64,000 nucleotides of DNA. Origin: Octopus sinensis. Lineage: Eukaryota. Positions 12,093 through 25,204 of the stretch are shown here, one piece after another. The notes beneath the pieces were generated by a model, which saw nothing but the letters and a program-made list of their open reading frames with translations, had not been told where the DNA came from and made no database searches. The DNA lies in the NCBI RefSeq assembly GCF_006345805.1, contig NW_021833734.1:1-64000 (forward strand), read 5' to 3'. Each line of letters opens with the position of its first letter. Position 1 is the stretch's first letter. The translations under genes and the position numbers were made by a program.

Positions 12093-13046
12093 TTATTCAA
12101 CATGTTTCTGACAAACAGATGCATGTGTAGTTAAGTGATTTCTCCAAGAGAATGATTCACCACAGAAATTGCAGTGATACGGCTTCTCTCCTGTATGAGT
12201 ACGTTTGTGACTAGTTAATCCATTCCTCTGAGAGAATGATTTGCCACAGATATCACAACGATGGGGTTTTTCTCCTGTATGAATACGTTTGTGTTTGGTT
12301 AACTCACTACTTCCAGGGAATGCCTTACCACAGATATCACAGACGTATGGTTTCTCACCTGTATGAATACGTTTGTGAGTTGTTAAGTCACTACTTCCAG
12401 AGAATGATTTAGCACAGATATCGCAGTGGAATGGCTTCTCACCTGTATGAATACGTATATGCTTAGTTAAGGAAGTGTTTACAGAGAATGATTTACCACA
12501 GATATCACAGTGATATGGTTTCTCACCTGTATGAATACGTTTGTGACAGATTAAGTGGGCATTCAGAGTGAATCCCTGGCCACAGATATCACAGTGATAT
12601 GGTCTCTCTCCTGTATGAATACGCATGTGAATAGTTAAGGCATTGTTTACTGAGAATGATTTACCACAGGTAACACAGTGATATGGTCTCTCTCCTGTGT
12701 GAGTACGTCTGTGGTTAATTAAGGCATTGTTTTGAGAGAATGATTTACCACAGGTATCACAGTGAAAGGGCTTTTCACCTGTATGAATACGCATGTGTGT
12801 AGTTAAGGCATTGTTTACGAAGAATGATTTACCACAGGTAACACAGTGAAATGGTCTCTCACCTGTATGAACATGTTTGTGTTTAGTTAAGTGACCGTTT
12901 TGAGAGAATGATTTACCACAGATATCACAGTGAAAGGGCTTCTCACCTGTATGAATACGTTTGTGATTAATCAAGTTAGTATTTATAGAGAATGATTTAC
13001 CACAGATTTCACAAAAATGATGTGATTTTCCTAATTCCTTTGACAT
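12093..13046 (-). CDS. C2H2 zinc-finger protein ZNF-C, 317 aa, 10 C2H2 fingers plus a terminal C2HC finger
   Basis: First true ATG (MSKELGK) at 13046; the track start at 13073 is a TTG. The leader is truncated by an RTE tail at ~13289. Confidence 0.85.
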   Translation of the reverse strand: MSKELGKSHHFCEICGKSFSINTNLINHKRIHTGEKPFHCDICGKSFSQNGHLTKHKHVHTGERPFHCVTCGKSFFVNNALTTHMRIHTGEKPFHCDTCGKSFSQNNALINHRRTHTGERPYHCVTCGKSFSVNNALTIHMRIHTGERPYHCDICGQGFTLNAHLICHKRIHTGEKPYHCDICGKSFSVNTSLTKHIRIHTGEKPFHCDICAKSFSGSSDLTTHKRIHTGEKPYVCDICGKAFPGSSELTKHKRIHTGEKPHRCDICGKSFSQRNGLTSHKRTHTGEKPYHCNFCGESFSWRNHLTTHASVCQKHVE

Positions 13047-13289
13047 TTCTCTAAGGGATACAAACAGACCCAACCATTGAAGTTTCTCAAAGTATTAAAA
13101 TTTTCCCCTTATCTTTCTTCTCTCACCACAGAATGTAAATTCCTTCTTCTTCTTGTTATAATTTCTCATTCTTTAGAAATATTCCAACAGCTATCAACTG
13201 TGATTTTGTCGATATCCAAAATTCTGGAAACTCCTTTGTAAATATATTCAAGTTCAATTAGAATGCAAAAGAACCAGATAATGAGATGG

Positions 13290-13425
13290 GTTGGACGGTT
13301 TAGCAGGGATTTGGGAAGCCAGGAGGCTGCACCAGGCTCAGTCTGATCTGGCAGTGTTTCTACAGCTGGATGCCCTTCCTAACGCCAACCACTCCGTGAG
13401 TGTAGTGGGTGTTTTTTACGTGGGT
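13290..13425 (-). mobile_element. RTE 3'-tail fragment
   Basis: Reverse complement of the RTE 3' end (ctacagctggatgcccttcctaacgccaacc). Similar tails at ~19735-19920(-), 29676-29850(+), 33100-33440(-), 44260-44420(-), 44690-44822(-), 45563-45990(-). Confidence 0.85.
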
Positions 13426-13527
13426 TTTATTTAAAGAAATCAACCACAGAATATTCATTGTATGTACTTACTTTATCAGTCACTTTTACCAAAGAGCAAA
13501 GTTATGAAGACACAAACACAGCAACAG

Positions 13528-14187
<660 letters not shown>

Positions 14188-15099
14188 TTAAATTTTTTCC
14201 ATTATCTTTCTTCTCTCACCATAGCATGCAATTTCCTTTTTCTTGTCCTTGTTATAATTCCTCATTCTTTAGAAATATTTCAAATCCTATCAACCTTGAT
14301 TTTATTGATATCTAAAGATGCTGCAAACTCCTTTGTAAATATATTCAAGTTTAATTAGAATGCAAAAGCACCAGGTAAGGAGATGGAGAAATGTTGCTAT
14401 GAATCTTCACTCAGGGCCAATATTTCACAGTAATTCAATCCCGGATTTATAGCAGTTGGGTTATTATATCTGTTCTCTAAAACGTTTTCCTTTCGTCTTC
14501 AAAACAACTGATAAATATTCCAGATGTCTCCAATGTACAAAAGATGTTTTGTGCCAATGTCATCTGTGAATCTGAAATAATAAAGAAACAGTATTTAGAT
14601 AGAGAGGAAAGATCAAAAGAGAAATGTTACAACATTTCTTTATTAATTAACAAATGACATCAAATAACATTGGGTGGAATCTAAAAATTTGTAAACTTGC
14701 CGGAGTGAGAAAGAAACGGGCAATGTGGTTATGGGATATGCTAGACACAACAGCCAAATCACCATTAAATCACACACCTTTACTTCTGAAAATATCTACT
14801 TTTATTTCTTTTTTTACCAAAAAGGTTTCTCCTAATTTTTTCCAAGTGCATCATGCCCAGAAAATGGACCGAAATTGGTTAGGAAAAGGGGAAAACTGGT
14901 GGAATAGGACTGTGTGTAAGAAACGAATAATAATAATAATAATATTAATAATAATAATAACTTCTTCAAAAAATTCTCTTTTAAATGATGAGATCATTTC
15001 CAAGAATACACAGGAAAAAATATCGGAATACTCCCGGCCACGACGGAGAAATTCCGAGACGGGAAGGGCGGAACCGAATACTCGATACACGTTATAAGT

Positions 15100-15600
15100 A
15101 TTCCCGGATTTCTGGAAGCCTGGTAAGAGATCCGGCACGTACGATCGATCGATAGATAGGTGTGTATATCTTACCAATTATGCTTTACAAATCAATATGA
15201 CCAGAGAAGCTAAAGAGACGGGGGCGGCAGCAAGGAAGGCCACAGTCCCTCAGGACCCACAAAGTGTAAAGATGAAAACCTGGTCATCTTCGAAGAAAGG
15301 AAGGGCGGAACCGAATACTCGATACACGGTATAAGTATTCCCGGATTTCTGGAAGCCAGGTAAGAGATCCGGCACGTACGATCGATCGATAGATAGGTGT
15401 GGATATCTTACCTGTTATGCTACACAAATCAATATTTAGAGTGAAAATATATTTACTCACATCAAAATCTCCGTGAAGACAGAGAAAAACCCTTTTTGGT
15501 TCTTCTCCCGAGTCAGGCTGGTTGTAGCGGAAACGGAAGTATGATGTGTCATGTGACAAAAATAAACCCACCGTTCTCTAGTTAATGAAACTAAAAATGT
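15100..15600 (-). promoter_or_regulatory. Putative promoter/first-exon module of ZNF-D
   Basis: GTCACATGAC (15548-57), ACTTCCG ETS-like site (15534-40), GTGAGT donor (15455-60) and GTAAGA donors. CpG-rich. Repeated upstream of the paralogues. Confidence 0.6.
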
Positions 15601-16190
15601 TAAGACAAAGGGCAAAAAGAAATCACCATGGTTACTGTGGTAAACATCCGGTTATAAAGGAGTCTTCATTATTTTCACCTGAGCCCTTGATGCCGACGTT
15701 CTAAAAGATAGATTTTATATTTCATTAAAGCGGAAGAATCGTGAGAACCGTGGACGAAATGCTTCGCGGTATTTCGTCTGCCGTTACGTTCTGAGTTCAA
15801 ATTCCGCCGCGGCTGACTTTGCCTTTCATCCTTTCGGGGTCGATAAGTACCTGTTACGCAGTGGGGTCGACTTAATCCGTTTGTCTGTCCTTGTCTGTCC
15901 TCTCTGTGTTTAGCCCCTTGTGGGCAGTAAAGAAATAGGCATTTTGCCCGTCTCTACGCTCAGAGTTCAAATTCTGCCGTAATTTTGGTGGTCGATGAAA
16001 TAAATATCACTGATATATCTGCAATATGGCGTAACTTCGGTATAGGTACCGGAAGTACCGGATACATTTCAAGAAAGTGTTGTTGTTTTTTTATATATAT
16101 GGGGGGTTAGGGTTCGGAGAAAAGGGTTTCTGTTATCTTCAGAAATGCAAACAAAGCCACTTCCTGTACATAAACCGAAGGATCACCCTG

Positions 16191-16236
<46 letters not shown>

Positions 16237-16481
16237 CATAAATTACTGGCATGGGTCGGACGGTCTGAGAAGGGATTACAAGATGGAAGGCTGCACCGAA
16301 CATGAGAGACTTCAATAAAAATTCTGTCATCCATGTCCAGTTAAAGAGTTTTAAACGGTCAAAGGTTACAGTTTAAAGACACTTCTCCAAACTGCCATCC
16401 AGTTTGGACTGAAGCAGAAACGAGACGTCCGAAACACACAAACTCGACATTAATGTCCTGGGATGGAAGATTTTATTTAAA

Positions 16482-17374
16482 ACTAGCAGTATCGCCCGGC
16501 GTTGCTCGGATTTGTAAGGGAAATAACTATAAAACATTTTTAGAGAGTTATAGCCAAAAAATAGCAAAAAAATGCATCAAAAATGGAAAAAATATTATGG
16601 TAAATGTTTTTAAAAATCGTTGACTCATCGTAGACATTTTTAGAGAGTTACTTCCCTTATATAATAGCGAAAAAATGCATTAAAATGGAAAAAAATGATG
16701 GTAAATTATTTTTAAAATCGTAGACTCATCGTAGACGCGCGCTAATACCCAGAAGGGCTCGATATGAATCACGACTATAAGATACCCGGTTTTGGTTAAA
16801 CTGCACCGCAAAATGTGGGAGTAGTTAGGAATCTAAATCGGAGGGGACAGACACACAACTTCACTTTTATATATAAAGACTAGCAGTATCGCCCGGCGTT
16901 GTAAGGGAAATAACTATATAAGAATTTTTAGAGAGTTACTTCCCTTATAGATGCCAATTCGGGCTTTCTTAGCCATTTCTGTTTTGGTGTCTTCAAGCCA
17001 TGAAGTCGTTGTTCTAAAAGAACGCTGGTCTCCTTGACAACGCATTACGACGTTGATTTCCTTACACTTCCTTCCCCACAGCTTCACGAGGGAGGGAAGA
17101 AGCAAACAGGTGCAGGTGTGAGCGTGGACGCCAACTCCACCGCCATCGACACACGAAAATTTATGCATTAAAATGGAATAAAAAATGATGTTAAATTATT
17201 TTTAAAATCGTAGACTCATCGTAGACGCGCGCTAATAGCCAGACGGGCTCGATATGAATCACGACTATAAGATACCCGAATTTGGTTAAACTGCACCGCA
17301 AAATGTGGGAGGAGTTAGGAATCTAAATCGAAGGGGACAGACACTCACACAACTACAGTTTTATATACATAGAC
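16482..17374 (+). mobile_element. Two tandem non-autonomous Helitron/Helentron-like elements
   Basis: Each starts ACTAGcagtatCGCCCGGCG (5' hairpin) at 16482 and 16879 and ends acagacacac..tttatata. Layout resembles Lep1/HINE-type elements (recalled, not searched). Confidence 0.5.
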
Positions 17375-18040
17375 ATCGCAGTGCTAAGTTATCTCCCTTA
17401 CATAGATACAGTCGTGGATCGGATGCGTATAAAACCGTTCAATGTCTTTTTAATCCAAGAACCGGCTTCTTGCCAGACAGTTTATTCGCAGAGCGGGCGT
17501 GGCACATGTACTCTTTTACTTGTTTCAGTCATTTGACTGTGGCCGTGCTGGAGCACCACCTTTACTCGAGCAAATCGACCCCGGGACTTATTCTTTGTAA
17601 GCCCAGTACTTATTCTATCGGTCACTTTTGCCGAACTGCTAGGTAACGGGGATATAAACACACCAGCATCGGTTGTCAAGCAATACTAGGGGGAGAAACA
17701 CAGACACAAACATATATACATATATACGATGGGCTTCTTTCAGTTTCCGTCTACCAAATCCACTCACAAGGCTTTGGTTGGCCCGAGGCTATAGTAGAAG
17801 ACACTTGCCCAAGGTGCCACGCAATGGGACTGAACCCGGAACCATGTGGTTGGTAAGCAAGCTACGTACCACACAGCTAAGTTCAGTGCATTCCGATAAA
17901 GATACGAATAGCAAAAAGAGAAATTTGTTAACGGGAAGAAAACGTGTATAGTCTTTTCCCTCATGTGTATCGAAATTATTTGAAATATGAAAATAAGACA
18001 AACATCATTACTAACAGATAAAAAATACATTAATTGTAAA

Positions 18041-18705
18041 GGATCTTTTTGGTTTGAACGGCAGTTTTTTCTAGCGGTGTCATATGAAATTGTCACCCAT
18101 AATTATGACCCTAATATCGATCTATTGCATTTCAATCTGTTTTAGGGTTAGGGGTGGGGGAAGGGTATCTTTTTTTCTTCACAAATGTAAATAAACCCAA
18201 TCTGTTTCTTAAACGAGGGACATATTCATACGGCACAGAATATTTTTTACCTCAATCAACGTCAGTGATTGGTTGAAATTGCAGAAAAAAACAACAAATA
18301 TCTTACAAACTATAGAATTTTCTCAATAAAGCCAAGAGAAAAAGATGTTTTATAAACACATTCTACCAGTATACGAAGTGTAAAATTTTTTAGTTACCTA
18401 GAAATTATGTTAAAAACTGCCATTCAAACCGAAGAGATCCATAAACCCAATCTGTTTCTTAAACGAGGGACATATTCATATGGCACAGAATGTTTTTTTT
18501 TTACCTCAATGGACGTCATTGATTGGTTGAAATTGCAGAAATTGAAGAAAAAAAAACAACAAATATCTTACAAATCATAGAACTTTCTCAATAAAGCCAA
18601 GAGAAAAAGATGTTTTATAAACACATTCTACCAGTATACGAAGTTTAAAATTTTTTAGTTACCTAGAAATTATGTTAAAAACTGCCGTTCAAACCGAAAG
18701 GACCC
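18041..18705. mobile_element. MITE (~400 bp, TIR ggatcttt..ggtttgaacggcagtttt) plus partial tandem duplicate
   Basis: TIRs at 18041 and 18440. Related copies at ~48130-48430, ~56474-56800 and a fragment at ~9335. Confidence 0.75.
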
Positions 18706-18949
18706 ATTGTAAACTGTACTTACTCTTATGATAGATAGTAAAGGGAGACGTAAACCATATGCTAATTATAAAAAGCTACTTTAATTATAAAACGATACAT
18801 CAATTATGAAACCGAAGCGCAGTTATCATAAACATAATTGAGTTGATGAAATTTGAATATTTAAACAAGTCTTTTTAAACAGAGGTCCGATATTTCAATT
18901 TAATAATTATATAGTTTTTAACATTTCTTATTTCTTTGCAGCTCGATAA

Positions 18950-19480
18950 CAAATGATCCATGGACCAGTACCAGCTGTGGCCTGGGGGTTATGGACCTCT
19001 CATATAAAATACAAAGTCCGTAGTTGCTTTCATATACAAGATTACATTGTCTGTCCTGTGTCCATTTATGGTTCTAGAAGATATTTTATATTTATGGTTA
19101 CATAAGATACATATTTTGAGAAGCAATTTCGACATAGTATTTGTATCCAGTTTGGAACAGAAGTGGAAACAGATAGAATCCCATCTCCCTGTCTGTTGCC
19201 AGGGGCTACAAACAGAGAAACAGGTAAAAGAAGAAAAGAATATATTCAGCTGAATTTTATTTGTTCATCAATATTTTCTTTCTGCTTGATCAATATATGG
19301 TCACTTCACCTGCTAGAAACAACAGCTAAATTCTATGCAATTTAAACCTTCTGGCTCTCAGAATTAAAGCTTATTTGCTGATGTAATCTTGGATATAGAA
19401 TTTAGAAGGAAAAACCGGATAGTCATAGAAGAAGTCTGAGGATTAATATGCAAGAGAGAGAAAGACTGTTGCACTGAGGG
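18950..19480. repeat. Shared 3'-flank module of the ZNF duplication unit
   Basis: ~500-bp paralogous segment also at ~10860-11230, 33700-34100 and 38330-38810. Confidence 0.8.
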
Positions 19481-20088
19481 AGGTGGAAATAGCACAATAT
19501 CTTTTCTTGCCAATGTAGATTATGACAGTGGCTATCTAAAATGTAGTGATAACAGCTAGTTATCACACTCATATATCCTTTTTTTACTATGTGAATAAAT
19601 TCATGTTTTTAAATAAATTCAAGTTATTTTCTGAATAGAATGGATTTTAACAACCGACTTGTGTCCAGGTAAACTATGTGAATGCCAGGTAAGAATCTCC
19701 TAAAGTGGCTGAAGTGGTTGACATAGAGAAGGGCATCATCATCATCATCGTTTAGCGTCCGCTTTCCATGCTGGCATGGGCTGGACGGTTCAACTGGGGT
19801 TTGGGAAGCCAGGAGGCTGCACCAGGCCCAGTCTGATCTGGCAGTGTTTCTACAGCTGGATGCCCTTCCTAACGCCAACCACTCCGTGAGTGTAGTGGGT
19901 GCTTTTTACGTGCCACCGCATGTGGGTGTAAAATAATATCTCAAAAGGGTAACCCCGAAGAGTATGGTTACTGTCAGGGGGTTAATGATTACTGTTAAGG
20001 GCACAAAGGTTAAGCCAAGATTTAACAGGGGGAACGGTTTTAAAATATAGGTTGTTGTATGTCCTAATGAATTTTCACAATGATATAA

Positions 20089-20230
20089 TCACACTTTCAT
20101 ATGGATAATTGCATGTGTAATTAAGTTACTTCTCTGAGAAAAAGATTTAGTGGAGAAATCATAGTAATATGGTTTCTCTCCTGTATGAATACATTTGTGT
20201 TTAATTAAGGTCCAACTTTTTTGAGAATGA
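20089..20230 (-). pseudogene. Out-of-frame remnant of the last two fingers of ZNF-E
   Basis: Translates as ...[45 protein letters not shown], matching the paralogue terminus HxxIHxKV*. Confidence 0.8.
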
Positions 20231-21179
20231 TTTTCTCTCCTGTATGAATACGTCTGTGTTTAGTTAAGGCACTGCTTTGAGAGAATGATTTACTGCAGAA
20301 ATCACAGTCAAATGGTTTCTCTCCTGTATGAACACGTCTGTGTGTAGTTACGGTCGAGTTGTCAGAGAATGATTTACCACAGATATCACAATGATATGGT
20401 CTCTCTCCTGTATGAATACGTTTGTGACTAATTAAGATACTGTTTTGAGAGAATGATTTACCACAGGTCTCACAGTGGTATGCTCTCTCTCCTGTGTGAA
20501 TACGTATGTGTTTTCTTAAGTTACTATTTCCAGAGAATGCCTTGCCACAGACATCACAGTGATATGGTCTCTCACCTGTGTGAATACGTATGTGAATAGT
20601 TAAGGCATTCTTTTCAGAGAATGCTTTTCCACAGGTAACACAGTGAAATGGTTTCTCTCCTGTATGAATATGCAGGTGTCTAGTCAAATGACTACTTTGA
20701 GAGAATGATTTACCACAGATATAACAGTGATGTGGTCTCACCTGTGTGTGAATACATGTGTGTTTAATTAAGGTACTGTTTACAGAGAATGCTTTACCAC
20801 AGATATCACAGTGAAACGGCTTCTCACCTGTATGAATACGCTTGTGTGTAGTTAAGCTACAGTTTCGGGAAAATGATTTACCACAGGTAATGCAGTGAAA
20901 TGGCTTCTCACCTGTATGAATACGTATGTGATTAGTTAAGGTACTATTTAGAGAGAAGGATTTACCACAGGTAACACAGTGAAATGGCTTTTCTCTTGTA
21001 TGGATACGTGTGTGTGTAGTTAATTCACTGTTTTGAGAGAATGGTTTACCACAGATTTCATAGTGAAATGGCTTCTCACCTGTATGAACACAAATGTGAT
21101 TAATCATGTCACTATTTATAGAAAATGATTCACCACAGATTTCACAATCACGTTGTGATTTTCCTAATTCTTTCGACAT
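20205..21179 (-). CDS. C2H2 zinc-finger protein ZNF-E, 324 aa, 11 fingers (finger 2 has C>Y); C-terminally frameshifted
   Basis: ATG at 21179 (MSKELGK). Ends [12 protein letters not shown] after a deletion. Acceptor at 21598. Confidence 0.8.
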   Translation of the reverse strand: MSKELGKSQRDCEICGESFSINSDMINHICVHTGEKPFHYEICGKPFSQNSELTTHTRIHTREKPFHCVTCGKSFSLNSTLTNHIRIHTGEKPFHCITCGKSFSRNCSLTTHKRIHTGEKPFHCDICGKAFSVNSTLIKHTCIHTQVRPHHCYICGKSFSQSSHLTRHLHIHTGEKPFHCVTCGKAFSEKNALTIHIRIHTGERPYHCDVCGKAFSGNSNLRKHIRIHTGERAYHCETCGKSFSQNSILISHKRIHTGERPYHCDICGKSFSDNSTVTTHRRVHTGEKPFDCDFCSKSFSQSSALTKHRRIHTGEKIILKKVGP

Positions 21180-22055
21180 TTCTCTAAGGGATACAAACAG
21201 ACCCAACCATTGAAGTTTCCCGCAGAATTAAATTTTTCCCTTATTTTTTTTCTCTCAATTTCCTTCTTCTCAAACTTGTAATAATTTATTCCCCAGAAAT
21301 ATTTCAAATCCTATCAACTGTGATCTTTATCAATATCTAAAGATGCTGCAAACTCCTTTGTAAATATATTCAAGTTCAATTAGAATGCAAAAGCACCAGA
21401 TAAGGAGATGGAGAAATGTTGCTATGAATTGTTGCTCAGAGCAAATATTTCACAGTAATTCAATCCCAGATTTATAGCAGTTGGGTTATTATATCTGTTC
21501 TCTAAAACGTTTTCCTTTCGTCTTCAAAAAAACATGGTAAATATTCCAGATGTCTCCAATGTACAAAAGATGTTTTGTGCCAATGTCATCTGTGAATCTG
21601 AAATAATAAAGAAACAGTATTTAGATAGAGAGGAGAGATCAAAAGAGAAATGTTACAACATTTCTGTATTAATTAACAAATGACATCAAATAACATTGGG
21701 TGGAATCTAACTTACAGCATTACAATCCTGACCTCAACACCCTAACCACGAAGGCACATGCCTCCCCTATGTAGACATAAACAGCTGGCAAATGGCCTTC
21801 CCTAAATGCACTAAAAATACTACAGCATAATCAGAACCCTATTTCAGAAAATTATCAACGTTGCCTTTGAGCATTTAAAAGACAAATTTGGGTGGGGCAA
21901 AATGAGTAAGACAAGATTAATTAAATTTGCAACATATATACTTCAACATACATTCTTAGACATGAGAAATGCAACAGGAATTTTAAATATTTTGCTCAAA
22001 TTGGAAGAGAATCATAGAAAAGGGTCAAATGGTATGAAATATTTTTGGCAGATAC

Positions 22056-22812
22056 TGCTGAGGATGTGCGTAAGCTCGCAAGAAATGAAGCCAGTATGCT
22101 CCGATGGATGTGTAATGTCAGTGTTCATACTCGACAGAGTGTAAGTACCTTGAGAGAAAACTTGGACCTAAGAAGCATCAGTTGTGGTGTGCAAGAGAGA
22201 CGTTTGCGCTGGTATGGATGAGGATAGCTGTATGAAAAAGGGCCACACCCTGGCGGTTGAGGGAACCTGTGGAAGAGGTAGACCCAGGAAGACCTGAGAT
22301 GAAGTGGTGAAGCACGACCTTCAAACTTTAGGTCTCACCAAGGAAATGACTAGAGACCGAGACCTTTGGAAGTATGCTGTGCGTGGGAAGACCCGGCAGG
22401 ACAAGTGAGGCCATAATCCCATGGCCTACACCTGGGATGTAGCCAGCCCACTTATGCATACCTTTCCTTCTTGGGACACAAAACTCCACTTGTGAAGACC
22501 TGTTGAGGCAAGTGAAAATAAAAATCGTAATCTATCAACATCAATGGAATTTGTAGCTGTGATACCAGTACCGGTGGCACATAAGAGAACCATCCGACCG
22601 TGGCCGTTGCCAGCTTCGCCTGGTCCCCATGCGGTGGCACGTAAAAATCACCCACTACACTCACGGAGTGGTTGGCGTTAGGAAGGGATACATCCAGCTG
22701 TAGAAACACTGCCAGATCAGACTGGGCCTGGTGCAGCCTTCTGGCTTCCCAGACCCCAGTTGAACCGTCCAACCTATGCCAGCATGGAAAGCAGACGTTA
22801 AATGATGATGAT
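22056..22812 (+). mobile_element. RTE-clade LINE 3' fragment
   Basis: Matches the end of the 39.4-kb ORF (RNEASMLRWMC...RGRPRKTW) plus its 3' UTR and GAT tail. Confidence 0.88.
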
Positions 22813-23789
22813 CAACAACAGGTGGCCCATATAAGTTAGAATTTCTCCATTTTGCCTGGGATCTTTCACATTTTCACTTCACAATGCCCTTGGAAAACAT
22901 CTGGGGCATGTTTTTAACAGAGAAAATATTTTTCAAAATGTCTCCTTTTTTAGCTCGCCCCCCCCCCCCATCATATTTCTCCTCTCTGGAACGATTGTAG
23001 TCGATTTTGTGGCCAGTATGCACTTAGAAACTATAGAAGCCTTTTCGTTAAAACAAAGAATGGTAAATATTTTCAGACGAAAAGGTGTGATTTATGACAG
23101 ATTTGGCTGTTGTTTCTAGCATATCTCATGACTGCTAGGATTTACGGTTGATAAAGGTCATAAATTTTCTAAAACAATTTTTTTAATTGCAGACATAAGT
23201 TTATGCTATTAATGGTGTTTGAGAGAGTGTATTCGCCAGAGTGAAAAAGAAACGAGGAAGGTGGTTATGGGAAATGCTAGACACAACAGCTAAATCTCCA
23301 TTCAATAACACGCCTTCACATCTGGAAATATCTACTTTTATTTTTTTTACCTATGGTTTTTAAGCGCGTAGAGCCCACAAAATGGACGGAATACTGGGGG
23401 GGGGGATACGAATGTGTGTCAAAACAAGAAAAAATATTTCTTCCAAAACAACTTTTAAATGATGCGCACGTTTGGGTACAGAGACAAGAACATCGCAGAA
23501 ATCTCCATCAAAAACGGAGAGATTCCGTCTCATGTGGGCCACCCATCGCTAACGACTACCATATTTTCCCATGGCTTCTTCACAATCTGCTGGAGTAGAT
23601 CTCTCCCCGTTTTATTTACGCACCATACGGTTAAAGAGAAGAATCCTCCCATGAGCCGACCGTGCAACGTGGATTTATAAAAACAGAAGAGACATGAACG
23701 ACGGTAAAACGTGATTACTGTAATATGGGCAAAAAACAAAGCGGGAATTCGTCGAAGCAGTTGGTTCGAAAACCGTCATGTCACTTGGT

Positions 23790-24915
23790 TCAATACCTAT
23801 TCCTTTACTACCCACAGGGAGCTAAACACACAGAGGACAAACAAGGATAGACAAACGGATTAAGTCGATTATATCGACCCCAGTGGGTAACTGGTACTTA
23901 ATTTATCGACCCCGAAAGGATGAAAGGCAAAGTCGACCTCGGCGGAATTTGAACTCAAAACGCAGAGGCAGACGAAATACCTATTTCTTTACTGCCCACA
24001 AGGGGCTAAACACAGAGAGGACAAACGGATTAAGTCGGTTATATCGACCCCAGTGCATACCTGGTACTTAATTTATCGACCCTGAAAGGATGAAAGACAA
24101 AGTCGACCTCGGCGGAATTTGAACTCAGAACGTAGCGGCAGACGAAATACCTATTCCTTTACTACCCACAAGGGGCTAAACACAGAGGGGACAAACAAAC
24201 GGATTAAGTCGATTATATCGACCCCAGTGCATACCTGGTACTTATTTAATCGACCCCGAAAGGATGAAAGACAAAGTCGACCTCGGCGGAATTTGAACTC
24301 AGAGCGTAGCGGCAGACGAAATACCTATTCCTTTACTACCCACAAGGGGCTAAACACAGAGGGGACAAACAAGGACAGACAAACGGATTAAGTCGATTAT
24401 ATCGACCCCAGTGCATACCTGGTACTTAATTTACCGACCCTGAAAGGATGAAAGGCAAAGTCGACCTCGGCGGAATTTGAACTCAGAACGTAACGACAGA
24501 CGAAATACCTATTTCTTCACTACCCACAAGGGGCTAAACACAGAGGGGACAAACAACGACAGACACACGGATTAAGTCGATTATATCGACCCCAGTGCAT
24601 ACCTGGTACTTATTTAATCGACCCCGAAAGGATGAAAGGCAAAGTCGACCTCGGCGGAATTTGAACTCAGAGCGTAGCGGCAGACGAAATACCTATTCCT
24701 TTACTACCCACAAGGGGCTAAACACAGAGGAGACAAACAAACGGATTAAGTCGATTATATCGACCCCAGTGCGTAACTGGTACTCATTTAATCGACCCCG
24801 AAAGGATGAAAGGCAAAGTCGACCTCGGCGGAATTTGAACTCAGAACACAGAGGCAGATGAAATACCGCTGAGCATTTCGCCCGGTGTGCTAACGTTTCT
24901 GCCAGCTCGCCGCCT
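23790..24915 (-). mobile_element. Head-to-tail array of six units of SINE family B (Deu/Nin-like central domain)
   Basis: Six copies of gccgaggtcgactttgcctttcatcctttcggggtcgat; only the 5'-most unit has the tRNA-like head. Other copies at ~8545-8680, 9465-9810, 15750-16010, 30705-31110, 32265-32690, 38815-39050, 47965-48075. Confidence 0.85.
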
Positions 24916-25204
24916 TTGTTCAATATCATCCTTCTATCATATTGCTGGGCCCACGACTTTTCTCTCTCAAAGACATTTCTCATAAGGTCCACTGCGACAA
25001 GAATACTCGTGCAATTCATTGATGCAATTTCGACAGTGAATCGATTTTACGTCTGTAAAATAGGAAATTAGGCCGTGTTGTGTTGAGGGTGTAATTCCGT
25101 CTGTTCTTTGGTGAAACTTAGTCTAACTTTGGAAGATTCTGCTCAACATCGCTCACTGAAGCGTAGTGTTGTGTGCTCTGGAGGAGTAAAGCAATCCGAA
25201 TTAG

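Noticed and set aside
13047-13073. [10 protein letters not shown]-terminal extension in the ORF track (also ZNF-E, F, G and MSLGE in ZNF-I)
   Set aside because: The track start is TTG; the first ATG is MSKE.
14725-14790. Recurrent motif gatatgctagacacaacagccaaatc (also ~11070, 23100, 23275, 45040, 46645, 49430, 60145)
   Set aside because: Appears to be fragments of a common dispersed repeat; boundaries could not be defined.
23883-24861. Repeated ORFs RPRKDERQSRPRRNLNSE and RLPNPLTRLW..PGTMWLV at many sites
   Set aside because: Translations of SINE families A and B.
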